Of a stretch of 64,000 bases of DNA, positions 11,946-23,810 are shown one piece after another. The DNA lies in assembly GCF_902652985.1 (NCBI RefSeq), contig NC_047023.1, positions 21,390,001 to 21,454,000 on the forward strand. Reading direction: 5' to 3'. The notes under the pieces are model-generated. The model worked only from the letters and a program-made list of their open reading frames with translations, had not been told where the DNA came from and searched no databases. Every line of letters begins with the position of its first letter. Position 1 is the stretch's first letter. Origin of the DNA: Pecten maximus. Taxonomy: Eukaryota. Made by a program: the position numbers and the translations under genes.

Positions 11946-14900
11946 TGACAGAGGGGTTAGTCTGGTCACAGGTCAGGGACGGACAGACTAGGGGAGGGAG
12001 AAAAGGGGTGAGGGTAGGAGAGACAGCCTCTGACAGAGGGGTTAGTCTGGTCACAGGTCAGGGACGGACAGACTAGGGGAGGGAGGGGTGAGGGTAGGAG
12101 AGGCAGCCTCTGACAGAGGGGTTAGTCTGGTCACAGGTCAGGGACAGACAGACTAGGGGAGGGAGGGGTGAGGGTAGGAGAGGCAGCCTCTGACAGAGGG
12201 GTTAGTCTGGTCACAGGTCAGGGACGGACAGACTAGGGGAGGGGGAGAAGGGGTGAGGGTAGGAGAGGCAGCCTCTGACAGAGGGGTTAGTCTGGTCACA
12301 GGTCAGGGACGGACAGACTAGGGGAGGGGGAGAAGGGGTGAGGGTAGGAGAGGCAGGCTCTGACAGAGGGGTTAGTCTGGTCACAGGTCAGGGACGGACA
12401 GACTAGGGGAGGGAGAGAAGGGGTGAGGGTAGGAGAGGTAGGCTCTGATAGAGAGGTTAGTCTGGTCACAGGTCATGGACGGACAGACTAGGGGAGGGGG
12501 AGAAGGGGTGAGGGTAGGAGAGGCAGACTCTGACAGAGGGGTTAGTCTGGTCACAGGTCAAGGACGGACAGACTAGGGGAGGGGGAGAAGGGGTGAGGGT
12601 AGGAGAGGTAGGCTCTTACAGAGGGGTTAGTCTGGTCACAGGTCAGGGACGGACAGACTAGGGGAGGGAGAGAAGGGGTGAGGGTAGGAGAGGTAGGCTC
12701 TTACAGAGGGGTTAGTCTGGTCACAGGTCAGGGACGGACAGACTAGGGGAGGGGGAGAAGGGGTGAGGGTAGGAGAGGCAGCCTCTGACAGAGGGGTTAG
12801 TCTGGTCACAGGTCAGGGCAGACAGACTAGGGGAGGGGGAGAAGGGGTGAGGGTAGGAGAGGCAGTCTCTGACAGAGGGGTTAGTCTGGTCACAGGTCAG
12901 GGACGGACAGACTAGGGGAGGGGAGAAAAGGGGTGAGGGTAGGAGAGGCAGCCTCTGACAGAGGGGTTAGTCTGGGCACAGATCAGGGACGGACAGACTA
13001 GGGGAGGGAGAAAAGGGGTGAGGGTAGGAGAGGCAGGCTCTGACAGAGGGGTTAGTCTGGTCACAGGTCAGGGACGGACAGACTAGGGGAGGGAGAGAAG
13101 GGGTGAGGGTAGGAGAGGCAGCCTTTAACAGAGGGGTTAGTCTGGTCACAGGTCGGGGACGGACAGACTAGGGGAGGGAGAGAAGGGGTGAGTGTAGGAG
13201 AGGCAGGCTCTGACAGAGAGGTTAGTCTGGTCACAGGTCAAGGACGGACTAGGGGAGGGGGAGAAGGGGTGAGGGTAGGAGAGGCAGGCTCTGACAGAGG
13301 GGTTAGTCTGGTCACAGGTCAGGGACGGACAGACTAGGGGAGGGAGATAAAGGGTGAGGGTAGGAGAGGCAGGCTCTGACAGAGGGGTTAGTGTGGCCAC
13401 AGGTCAGGGACGGACAGACTAAGGGAGGGAGAGAAGGGGTGTGGGTAGGAGGGGCAGCCTCTGACAGAGGGGTTAGTCCTGGTCACAGGTCAGGGGCGGA
13501 CAGACTAGGGGAGGGGGAGAAGGGGTGAGGGTAGGAGAGGCAGCCTCTGACAGAGGGTTAGTCTGGTCACAGGTCAGGGACGGACAGACAAGGGGAGGGG
13601 GAGAAGGGGTGAGGGTAGGAGAGGCAGGCTCTGACAGAGGGGTTAGTCTGGTCACAGGTCAGGGACGGACAGACTAGGGGAGGGAGAAAAGGGGTGAGGG
13701 TAGGAGAGGCAGCCTCTGACAGAGGGGTTAGTCTGGGCACAGATCAGGGACGGACAGACTAGGGGAGGGAGAAAAGGGGTGAGGGTAGGAGAGGCAGGCT
13801 CTGACAGAGGGGTTAGTCTGGTCACAGGTCAGGGACGGACAGACTAGGGGAGGGAGAGAAGGGGTGAGGGTAGGAGAGGCAGCCTCTAACAGAGGGGTTA
13901 GTCTGGTCACAGGTCAGGGACGGACAGACTAAGGGAGGGAGAGAAGGGGTGTGGGTAGGAGAGGCAGTCTCTGACAGAGGGGTTAGTCTGGTCACAGGTC
14001 AGGGCAGACAGACTAGGGGAGGGGGAGAAGGGGTGAGGGTAGGAGAGGCAGGCTCTGACAGAGGGGTTAGTCTGGTCACAGGTCAGGGATGGAGAGACTA
14101 GGGGAGGGAGAGAAGGGGTGAGGGTAGGAGAGGCAGCCTCTTATAGAGGGGTTAGTCTGGTCACAGGTCAGGGACGGACAGACTAGGGGAGGGAGAGAAG
14201 GGGTGAGGGTTGGAGAGGCAGCCTCTGACAGAGGGGTTAGTCTGGTCAAAGGTCATGGACGGACAGACTAGGGGAGGGAGAGAAGGGGTGAGGGTAGGAG
14301 AGGCAGGCTCTGACAAAGGGGTTAGTCTGGTCACAGGTCAGGGACGGACAGACTAGGGGAGGGAGAGAAGGGGTGAGGGTAGGAGAGGCAGTCTCTGACA
14401 GAGGGGTTAGTCTGGTCACAGGTCAGGGATGGAGAGACTAGGGGAGGGGGAGAAGGGGTGAGGGTAGGAGAGGCAGCCTCTTATAGAGGGGTTAGTCTGG
14501 TCACAGGTCAGGGACGGACAGACTAGGGGAGGGGGAGAAGGGGTGAGGGTAAGAGAGGCAGGCTCTGATAGAGACGTTAGTCTGGTCACAGGTCAGGGAT
14601 GGACAGACTAGGGGAGGGAGGGGTGAGGGTAGGAGAGGAATGTTCTGACAGAGGGGTTAGTCTGGTCACAGGTCAGGGACGGACAGACTAGGGGAGGGGG
14701 AGAAGGGGTGAGGGTTGGAGAGGCAGGCTCTGACAGAGAGGTTAGTCTGGTCACAGGTCAGGGACGGACTAGGGGAGGGAGAGAAAGGGTGAGGGTAGGA
14801 GAGGCAGCCTCTTATAGAGGGGTTAGTCTGGTCACAGGTCAGGGACGGACAGACTAGGGGAGGGAGGGGTGAGGGTAGGAGAGGCAGCCTCTGACAGAGG

Positions 14901-17458
14901 GGTTAGTCTGGTCACAGGTCAGGGACAGACAGACTAGGGGAGGGAGGGGTGAGGGTAGGAGAGGCAGCCTCTGACAGAGGGGTTAGTCTGGTCACAGGTC
15001 AGGGACGGACAGACTAGGGGAGGGGGAGAAGGGGTGAGGGTAGGAGAGGCAGCCTCTGACAGAGGGGTTAGTCTGGTCACAGGTCAGGGACGGACAGACT
15101 AGGGGAGGGGAGAGAAGGGGTGAGGGTAGGAGAGGCAGGCTCTGACAGAGGGGTTAGTCTGGTCACAGGTCAGGGACGGACAGACTAGGGGAGGGAGAGA
15201 AGGGGTGAGGGTAGGAGAGGTAGGCTCTGATAGAGAGGTTAGTCTGGTCACAGGTCATGGACGGACAGACTAGGGGAGGGGGAGAAGGGGTGAGGGTAGG
15301 AGAGGCAGACTCTGACAGAGGGGTTAGTCTGGTCACAGGTCAAGGACGGACAGACTAGGGGAGGGGGAGAAGGGGTGAGGGTAGGAGAGGTAGGCTCTTA
15401 CAGAGGGGTTAGTCTGGTCACAGGTCAGGGACGGACAGACTAGGGGAGGGAGAGAAGGGGTGAGGGTAGGAGAGGTAGGCTCTTACAGAGGGGTTAGTCT
15501 GGTCACAGGTCAGGGACGGACAGACTAGGGGAGGGGGAGAAGGGGTGAGGGTAGGAGAGGCAGCCTCTGACAGAGGGGTTAGTCTGGTCACAGGTCAGGG
15601 CAGACAGACTAGGGGAGGGGGAGAAGGGGTGAGGGTAGGAGAGGCAGTCTCTGACAGAGGGGTTAGTCTGGTCACAGGTCAGGGACGGACAGACTAGGGG
15701 AGGGAGAAAAGGGGTGAGGGTAGGAGAGGCAGCCTCTGACAGAGGGGTTAGTCTGGGCACAGATCAGGGACGGACAGACTAGGGGAGGGAGAAAAGGGGT
15801 GAGGGTAGGAGAGGCAGGCTCTGACAGAGGGGTTAGTCTGGTCACAGGTCAGGGACGGACAGACTAGGGGAGGGAGAGAAGGGGTGAGGGTAGGAGAGGC
15901 AGCCTTTAACAGAGGGGTTAGTCTGGTCACAGGTCGGGGACGGACAGACTAGGGGAGGGAGAGAAGGGGTGAGTGTAGGAGAGGCAGGCTCTGACAGAGA
16001 GGTTAGTCTGGTCACAGGTCAAGGACGGACTAGGGGAGGGGGAGAAGGGGTGAGGGTAGGAGAGGCAGGCTCTGACAGAGGGGTTAGTCTGGTCACAGGT
16101 CAGGGACGGACAGACTAGGGGAGGGAGATAAAGGGTGAGGGTAGGAGAGGCAGGCTCTGACAGAGGGGTTAGTGTGGCCACAGGTCAGGGACGGACAGAC
16201 TAGGGGAGGGAGATAAAGGGTGAGGGTAGGAGAGGCAGGCTCTGACAGAGGGGTTAGTGTGGCCACAGGTCAGGGACGGACAGACTAGGGGAGGGAGAGA
16301 AGGGGTGTGGGTAGGAGGGGCAGCCTCTGACAGAGGGGTTAGTCTGGTCACAGGTCAGGGGCGGACAGACTAGGGGAGGGGGAGAAGGGGTGAGGGTAGG
16401 AGAGGCAGCCTCTGACAGAGGGGTTAGTCTGGTCACAGGTCAGGGACGGACAAACAAGGGGAGGGGGAGAAGGGGTGAGGGTAGGAGAGGCAGGCTCTGA
16501 CAGAGGGGTTAGTCTGGTCACAGGTCAGGGACGGACAGACTAGGGGAGGGAGAAAAGGGGTGAGGGTAGGAGAGGCAGCCTCTGACAGAGGGGTTAGTCT
16601 GGGCACAGATCAGGGACGGACAGACTAGGGGAGGGAGAAAAGGGGTGAGGGTAGGAGAGGCAGGCTCTGACAGAGGGGTTAGTCTGGTCACAGGTCAGGG
16701 ACGGACAGACTAGGGGAGGGAGAGAAGGGGTGAGGGTAGGAGAGGCAGCCTCTAACAGAGGGGTTAGTCTGGTCACAGGTCAGGGACGGACAGACTAGGG
16801 GAGGGAGAGAAGGGGTGAGGGTAGGAGAGGCAGGCTCTGACAAAGGGGTTAGTCTGGTCACAGGTCAGGGACGGACAGACTAGGGGAGGGAGAGAAGGGG
16901 TGTGGGTAGGAGAGGCAGGCTCTGACAGAGGGGTTAGTCTGGTCACAGGTCAGGGACGGACAGACTAGGGGAGGGAGAGAAGGGGTGAGGGTTGGAGAGG
17001 CAGCCTCTGACAGAGGGGTTAGTCTGGTCAAAGGTCATGGACGGACAGACTAGGGGAGGGAGAGAAGGGGTGAGGGTAGGAGAGGCAGGCTCTGACAAAG
17101 GGGTTAGTCTGGTCACAGGTCAGGGACGGACAGACTAGGGGAGGGAGAGAAGGGGTGAGGGTAGGAGAGGCAGTCTCTGACAGAGGGGTTAGTCTGGTCA
17201 CAGGTCAGGGATGGAGAGACTAGGGGAGGGGGAGAAGGGGTGAGGGTAGGAGAGGCAGCCTCTTATAGAGGGGTTAGTCTGGTCACAGGTCAGGGACGGA
17301 CAAACAAGGGGAGGGGGAGAAGGGGTGAGGGTAGGAGAGGCAGTCTGACAGAGGGGTTAGTCTGGTCACAGGTCAGGGACGGACAAACAAGGGGAGGGGG
17401 AGAAGGGGTGAGGGTAGGAGAGGCAGTCTGACAGAGAGGTTAGTCTGGTCACAGGTCA
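11946..17458. repeat. 85-bp G-rich satellite, ~65 copies, with a ~2.78-kb higher-order duplication
   Basis: Unit GACAGAGGGGTTAGTCTGGTCACAGGTCAGGGACGGACAGACTAGGGGAGGGGGAGAAGGGGTGAGGGTAGGAGAGGCAGCCTCT; identical variant ORFs offset by 2781 nt. Confidence 0.97.
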
Positions 17459-18314
17459 GACAGATGGGCTATCATCACTGTTACATGGTTGTGGTCAGCA
17501 GTTTAACAGGGACAGTATTCACCGTCATTGTCCCCAGAAGGCAACAGTTTAACTGGAACAACTCTCACTTTCTTTGTGAGCAGAACGCTGAGCCTGATCA
17601 CCATTGATTGTCACATGTCCTTGTGATTATAACTGCGACCCTGCCACGCGAGAACTACCTGTAATTAACCAATGACTTTATGCCCATTTTCACGCCCCAC
17701 TTGTCACAACTACTGCCACTTGACAGATACAACAAAAATTTGATGAGTTGTAGAGCATTTTATCACAGGCGAAAGTTTGCTATTGTGTTGTACTCCTGGT
17801 TAATTAAGATTACTGCAATCTGTGACCCTTGGTCGTGTCCTCTGACCCCAGGAGAGGACAGGTGTAAGAGGTGGTCAGACGGTCGAATGGCCAGTGTCCA
17901 GTGGCCTAACAACACCCTCAATGATGCATCTGCTCAGCTTTTGTCTCCAAATTTTCTTTACTGCAAATTTTCAAATTAATTTACAATTTATGCAAGTATC
18001 AAAGATGTGCTGATGGAGCGGGCACATTCATACATCATATTTCATCAGAAATTCAAGTGTTTTTTACCAGGAACCAGGCTCTACTCTGTCAGAATATTTG
18101 AGTATTCTGAATTGATGCATGTGTGCCAACTTGTTAATGTTATATTTTATCATTAATCATATCTGTGCTGAGGTTAGTATGACAGAGCCTGATTTATCCC
18201 TCTATGGGCCGCTGTAGGCCAGAGTTGTTGGTCAGCGATCGCCTGTCCTTAGGTAGGCTGTGGTACAGTTTGTACATGTTGGTGGTCAGCTCTGGATAAA
18301 CTTGGGTTACTTTT

Positions 18315-18541
18315 TCAAGCTTCCATCAGATTTGGTAAAATTGACGTTGGATAAACTTTAAATGAACTTGTCAGAGTTTCCGTCAAATTTGGTAACTTTG
18401 ATGTTGGACAAATTTAATGAACTTGTTAAGTTTCCATCAGATTTCATAGACTTGACATTGGATCAGTAAATTTTTCTGAGTTTCTACAAACTTTGTATAA
18501 TTGATTAGGATAATCTTGCTCAACGTTTCCAAAACATTTGG
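18315..18541. repeat. Degenerate ~55-bp tandem repeat, 4-5 copies
   Basis: Recurring GTTTCCATCAGATTTGGTAA..TTGAxGTTGGA..AATGAACTTG. Confidence 0.7.
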
Positions 18542-19166
18542 TGTCCACTACATGGGCGCATATTTATATCTATGTAAAGTTTATCTCATTTTCTCTTAAT
18601 CATGGAATTTGATGAAATTTGCTTGTTTATTTAAATAATTTAGTACTTTAATGAATAAAAAAATTTACTACATAACTAGGCATATGAAAAATGTAATAAA
18701 GTGCTAAAGTCTTAGGAGAGAAAATAATTACTAGGAAGTTGTTTATATTGTCATGATGCCCTCATATGAATTATTAATATTTACATTTTATTGATTTTTA
18801 TTATTGACCTGTCAAATGGAGGAAAACAGATAGAAGTGTTTATTTGCTTTGTCATGGTAGACAGACTTGGTTTTTAATGCAGCTGTCATTTCAGTTTTTA
18901 GCAGAAGTTTTGTTTCAGAGTGAACAAAAACTAACAATTGTCTGGATTATAGAAATTAAAGTACACCAAATATGTGTTTTATTAAGAGGTTCTAGAAACT
19001 GTAGGAGAGCTGCGGCCTTTGGTGCATAACAGTGTATCCGATCTCTGCCAATCTGCGGGTGATCCTTGCACTGGGACTTATTGAACTGTGACTGATGGCA
19101 GTCAACCAGCTGTGAAACCTACCCAATTATTCTCCAGTGATCAACACTACTTTGAATATTTTGCAG

Positions 19167-19231
19167 GTTGGAGGTAAAAGCTGGATAATTTTGAAGGGAA
19201 ATTGCTACCACCAATGACACAGAACTCTCAG
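19167..19231 (+). other. Candidate 65-nt exon (non-coding or 5'UTR)
   Basis: Acceptor ATATTTTGCAG| and donor CAG|GTATGT; no expression evidence. Confidence 0.35.
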
Positions 19232-19519
19232 GTATGTTAAAGCTTCATCTTTTATCTTGCTGCTGATGATACTGGGCTGATACCATGTCTCATCACCGTG
19301 GTGATGCCAGTTTTCACGATGTTTGATCATTGGAGTATTACCTATTTTTTTTTTAATTATGCATGCATAACTTTCTAGTTTTCAAAGATTTTCTGTTGTA
19401 TATATTAATACATAAAATATAAAGTTTGGCTATCATGTTTTAATCTTTAAACATAAAATTCTTAGTTTACTAAGTACAATGCCAGTCAACTATTTAAATG
19501 ATAATTAACACCTAACTTT

Positions 19520-20211
19520 TCATACCTGTCAACATTTCATACCTGTCTGAAATACGATGCCACCTAAATATTTTATACCTGTCCTAATTATGATACAATC
19601 TAAACATTTTATACTTGTCTGAATTATGATACCACCTTAACATTTTATACCTGTCTGAAATATGATACCACCTTAACATTTTATACCTGTCTGAAATATG
19701 ATAACATCTAAATATTTTATACCTGTCCTAATTATGATACCACCTTAACATTTTATACCTGTCTGAATTATGATACCACCTTAACATTTTATACCTGTCT
19801 GAATTATGATACCACCTTAACATTTTATACCTGTCTGAAATATGATAACATCTAAATATTTTATACCTGTCCTAATTATGATACCACCTTAACATTTTAT
19901 ACCTGTCTGAATTATGATAACATCTAAACATTTTATACCTGTCTGAAATATCATAACATCTAAACATTTTATACCTGTCTGAAATATGATACCACCTTAA
20001 CATTTTATACCTGTCTAAAATATGATACCACCTTAACATTTTATACCTGTCTAAAATATGATACCACCTTAACATTTTATACCTGTCTAAAATATGATAC
20101 CACCTTAACATTTTATACCTGTCTGAAATATCATAACATCTAAACATTTTATACCTGTCTGAAATATGATACCATATAAACAGTTGATACCTGTCTAAAT
20201 TATGATACCAT
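19520..20211. repeat. 36-bp minisatellite (TACCTGTCTGAAATATGATACCACCTTAACATTTTA)n, ~19 copies
   Basis: 12-aa periodic ORF on the minus strand; two interleaved variants (ACCACCTT and AACATCTA). Confidence 0.95.
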
Positions 20212-20215
20212 GTGA

Positions 20216-20470
20216 TGGGGTTGGGGTGGGGTGGGTTTCGGGTGGGGTGGGGTGGGTATGGATGTGGAGGTGGGGGTGAGGGTGGGGGTGGGGTGGAGGG
20301 GTGATATTTGGGTAGGGTGTGGTGGAGATGGGGTTGTGGTGGGGTGGGGTGGTATGGGGTAGGGGGGTGGGTTGGGTTGGGGTGTGGGATGGGTTGGCCT
20401 GGTATGGGGTATGGGGTGGGTTGGGTTGGGTTGGGGTTGGGGATGGGTGGGGCTGGTATTGGGTATGGGG
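20216..20470 (+). repeat. G-rich low-complexity (GGGGT/GGGTT)n tract, G-quadruplex potential
   Basis: Dense G3-G5 runs separated by 1-4 nt. Confidence 0.85.
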
Positions 20471-20764
20471 ATCAGGCTTACTTAGAAATTCAGCATTTTT
20501 TTCTCATCAGCTGAATTTAGAATTTAGTTACATAAGTATGGAAATCTCAACCCACCATATTGATTACATAGGGTTTTAATTTTTGCATAGTTTGGGGTTG
20601 AAGACTTAGTTTTAGAGAAATATCTTTATTGCTTCTGCAATTGACTTACAAATTAATTTATAATCAAATTTGAACAAGATATTTTATAAGAAATATCACA
20701 TGTATTTTCTTGTCACTTTTCAGGAACAGTGGTTTTTTGGATAAAAATATCATATTTAGGTTGA

Positions 20765-21310
20765 TTTTTAGTTCACTCTTATATCACATAGGCCTTGTGG
20801 ATGGTCCGTGGTCCGTCCTTCTGTAAACAATCATTGACACTGCTATTTCTAAGACAGAGTTCATTGCATCTTTCTAAGACTTCATCATAGGTTCCCTTTG
20901 ATCCCTAATTTTGCTTGATACATTTTGAGTCTGATCAGAAAACAAAATGGCTGATAGGCTACTGCTAAAAATTTCTCACCAAACCCTTAATTGATCTTTC
21001 TCAAATTTCATATGTATGTTTCCTTTTGTCTCTAGTTGTGCTTGCTAAACTTTGAGACTGATTAGAAAACAAAATGGCTCACAGGAAGTTTGGCAGATGA
21101 AGTTTGTAACCGCTATTTCTTAGAAAGTAGTAAATGAATATTTTTCATATGTAGGTTTCCCTTGGTCCCTAATTGTGCAAGTGAAATGTTGAGACTTATC
21201 AGAAAATTAAAAACCTAACAGGTCTAAATCTATGATTTTGACAGATGAAGTGCAAAAAAATCACAATTTCTAAGAAATTAATCACTAAATATTTCCAATG
21301 TCTATTGTGG
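20765..21310 (+). mobile_element. Degraded HINE-like element (second family), 3' part lost at the 17-bp array
   Basis: 5' TTTTAGTTCAC.., GTCCGT microsatellite-like block, ~130-bp internal monomers sharing GAAAACAAAATGGCT (20938, 21065). Confidence 0.55.
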
Positions 21311-21325
21311 TTTCTTCTTTGTTTG

Positions 21326-22335
21326 TTGTACATCATCACTAGTTGTACTTTGTCACAAGTTGTACTTTGTCACTAGTTGTACTTTGTCACTAGTTGTACT
21401 TTGACACTAGTTGTACATTGTCACTATTTGTACTTCATCACTATTTGTACTTTGTCACAAGTTGTACTTCATCACTATTTGTACTTTGTCGCTAGTTGTA
21501 CTTTGTCACAAGTTGTACTTTGTCACAAGTTGTACTTTGTCACTAGTTGTACTTTGTCACAAGTTGTACTTTGTCACTAGTTGTACTTTGTCACTAGTTG
21601 TACTTTGTCACTAGTTGTACTTTGTCGCTAGTTGTACTTTGTCACAAGTTGTACTTTGTCACAAGTTGTACTTTGTCACTAGTTGTACTTTGTCACTAGT
21701 TGTACTTTGTCACTAGTTGTACTTTGTCACAAGTTGTACTTTGTCACTAGTTGTACTTTGTCACTAGTTGTACTTTGTCACTATTTGTACTTCATCGCTA
21801 GTTGTACTTTGTCGCTAGTTGTACTTTGTCACTATTTGTACTTTGCCACTATTTGTACTTTGTCACTAGTTGTACTTTGTCACTATTTGTACTTCATCAC
21901 TAGTTGTACTTTGTCACTAGTTGTACTTTGTCACAAGTTGTACTTTGTCACTAGTTGTACTTTGTCACTATTTGTACTTCATCACTAGTTGTACTTTGTC
22001 ACTAGTTGTACTTTGTCACTAGTTGTACTTTTGTCACTAGTTGTACTTTGTCACTATTTGTACTTCATCACAAGTTGTATTTTGTCACTAGTTGTACTTT
22101 GTCACTAGTTGTACTTTGTCACAAGTTGTACTTTGTCACTAGTTGTACTTTGTCACTATTTGTACTTTGTCGCTAGTTGTACTTTGTCACAAGTTGTACT
22201 TTGTCACAAGTTGTACTTTGTCACAAGTTTTACTTTGTCACAAGTTGTACTTTGTCACTAGTTGTGCATTGTCACTAGTTGTACTTTGTCACTAGTTGTG
22301 CATTGTCACTAGTTGTACTTTGTCACTAGTTGTAC
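21326..22335. repeat. 17-bp minisatellite (CACTAGTTGTACTTTGT)n, ~60 copies
   Basis: Direct period; 17-aa periodic ORFs. Confidence 0.97.
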
Positions 22336-22490
22336 AAGTTCTATATTAAAACTGAAGACTAAATAAAGCACAGTCAACATGATATATGTAACAAAAGGTA
22401 AAGATGAGGAGGAGAGGCATGATGAAAACATACCAATCTTACAGAGGATCGATAGAGAACTTTTCAAAGGTGGTTACTAAGATACTTCTT

Positions 22491-22760
22491 TCAAAAACAA
22501 ATTCTTACATATTTTACATGTCTGGATGTACTTGACAACTTTGTCTCAGGAAAGTCTGAGAAATATTCAAGGTTGTCAGAAAGATATCGGCTTTGTTCAT
22601 ATCTGTCAGAAAAGGGAACTTCCTCCAGGTCATCTATCAAAACTCCATCCAAGTTAATACCCATTACATACAAATACTTATGATAATTAGATTTCTGTCT
22701 AAATCTGTTATCTGTAAGTTTTATTGTTCCCTCAAAAAATCTAACCACTTAGATGTTTGT
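22491..22760 (-). pseudogene. Possible degraded CR1/L2-type LINE ORF2 fragment
   Basis: HKYLYVMGINLDGVL followed, in another frame, by TWRK...KA..FL; resembles the post-RT KYLG..LD..LTW..H...KA motif; frameshifted. Confidence 0.25.
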
Positions 22761-22844
22761 CAAGGCAATTTAAGCCATATTTTTTTGACTAACAGCTTAC
22801 CAAGGTTAAGTCAGTAATTTTAATCAGGGCACCATATATGGAGA

Positions 22845-23146
22845 TGTTTGTTTGCTGGGTTTATCACTCCTAGAACAGCCAGGGTAATTTTGAGGTAGAG
22901 TCTCATTGTAGTAGTTGGTGGCTGCCTCACTGAACAACATATAGGAGGCCCATCACATGCCATCCAGAGCAATTAGGGTAAATTAAGTGTCTTTCCTAAG
23001 GACACAACCAAGACAGCACAGACTGGCCATTTCTCAGCTTCCGGAGAAATACAAACCGACGGGTAGGTACCTTTGAATCACATATCTTGTATCTTCACAC
23101 AAAGGTTATGTGGCCAGTGTTCCAACTGACTGAGCTATCGAGGCCC
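22845..23146 (-). mobile_element. tRNA-derived SINE, full length, with probable degenerate target-site duplication
   Basis: Minus strand starts GGGCCTCGATAGCTCAGTCAGTTGGAACAC (A-box-like), contains CORE-like GTGTCCTTAGGAAAGACACTTAA and ends in (AAAC)n; homologous to 39834-40117; flanks CCATATATGGAGAT / CCATATCTGAGAT. Confidence 0.8.
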
Positions 23147-23204
23147 TTCCATATCTGAGATACAAATACCCTAAAGTAAAAGATCACTGTCTGTCTGCTA
23201 ACAT

Positions 23205-23810
23205 GACATTTGGTCAAATGCCAAGGACAAATTCAAGGTCAAATTTTGTACATCCCTTCACAGAAATGCTAGATCTCATCACTGGAGAACATTTTGTAAT
23301 GACATTATCAAGAAGAGTTGCATGGTCAGGTTAACAAAAAAAAAAATCAATTGATCAAAAGTCAAGTGTAACAGTGTCAAGGTTCAAGGTCATTAGGTCC
23401 AAAGGTCAATGTCAAAAGTTGTAAATTTGCACTGATGAATATCTTGCTGACATTATGAAGCAAGGTTAGACAGAATTTAACAAGGAATCAACTGACCAAT
23501 AGAACATGGGGTCAGATAATCAAGTTCACTGGGTCAAAGTTCAAGGTGAAATTTTGTAGCTTTTTAAAAATGAACATTTTGTTATGGCATTACAAGTTAA
23601 ACTTGGTTGTCATTAAACAATAATTCAAATGACAAAATGTCCAGGTCAAAGATCAAAGTCAACGGTCCAAAGGTTATGTGGCAAGGTGAAATTTTGTGTC
23701 TTTTCATTGAAGAACATTTTGTTATGACTTAATGAAACAAAGTGGAACATGATTAAACAAGAAGTCAACAGACTGAAGGTCAAAGTCATCTGGTCATAGG
23801 TGAAGATGAG
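23205..23810 (+). repeat. Diverged ~140-150-bp tandem monomers (HINE-type internal satellite relic), ~4 copies
   Basis: GAACATTTTGT-like anchors at ~23287, 23437, 23572, 23712; AAGGTCAA-rich blocks. Confidence 0.6.

Noticed and set aside
10947-17431. Repetitive ORFs in the 30-bp and 85-bp arrays (likewise those at 19872, 21377-21988, 27967-28473, 54513-55033, 57978-59142 and 63154-63944)
   Set aside because: Peptide periodicity equals the DNA repeat period; indel variants shift frames freely
23060-23146. tRNA gene (also 38105-38175 and 40060-40117)
   Set aside because: Only degenerate A/B boxes without a full cloverleaf, attached to SINE bodies
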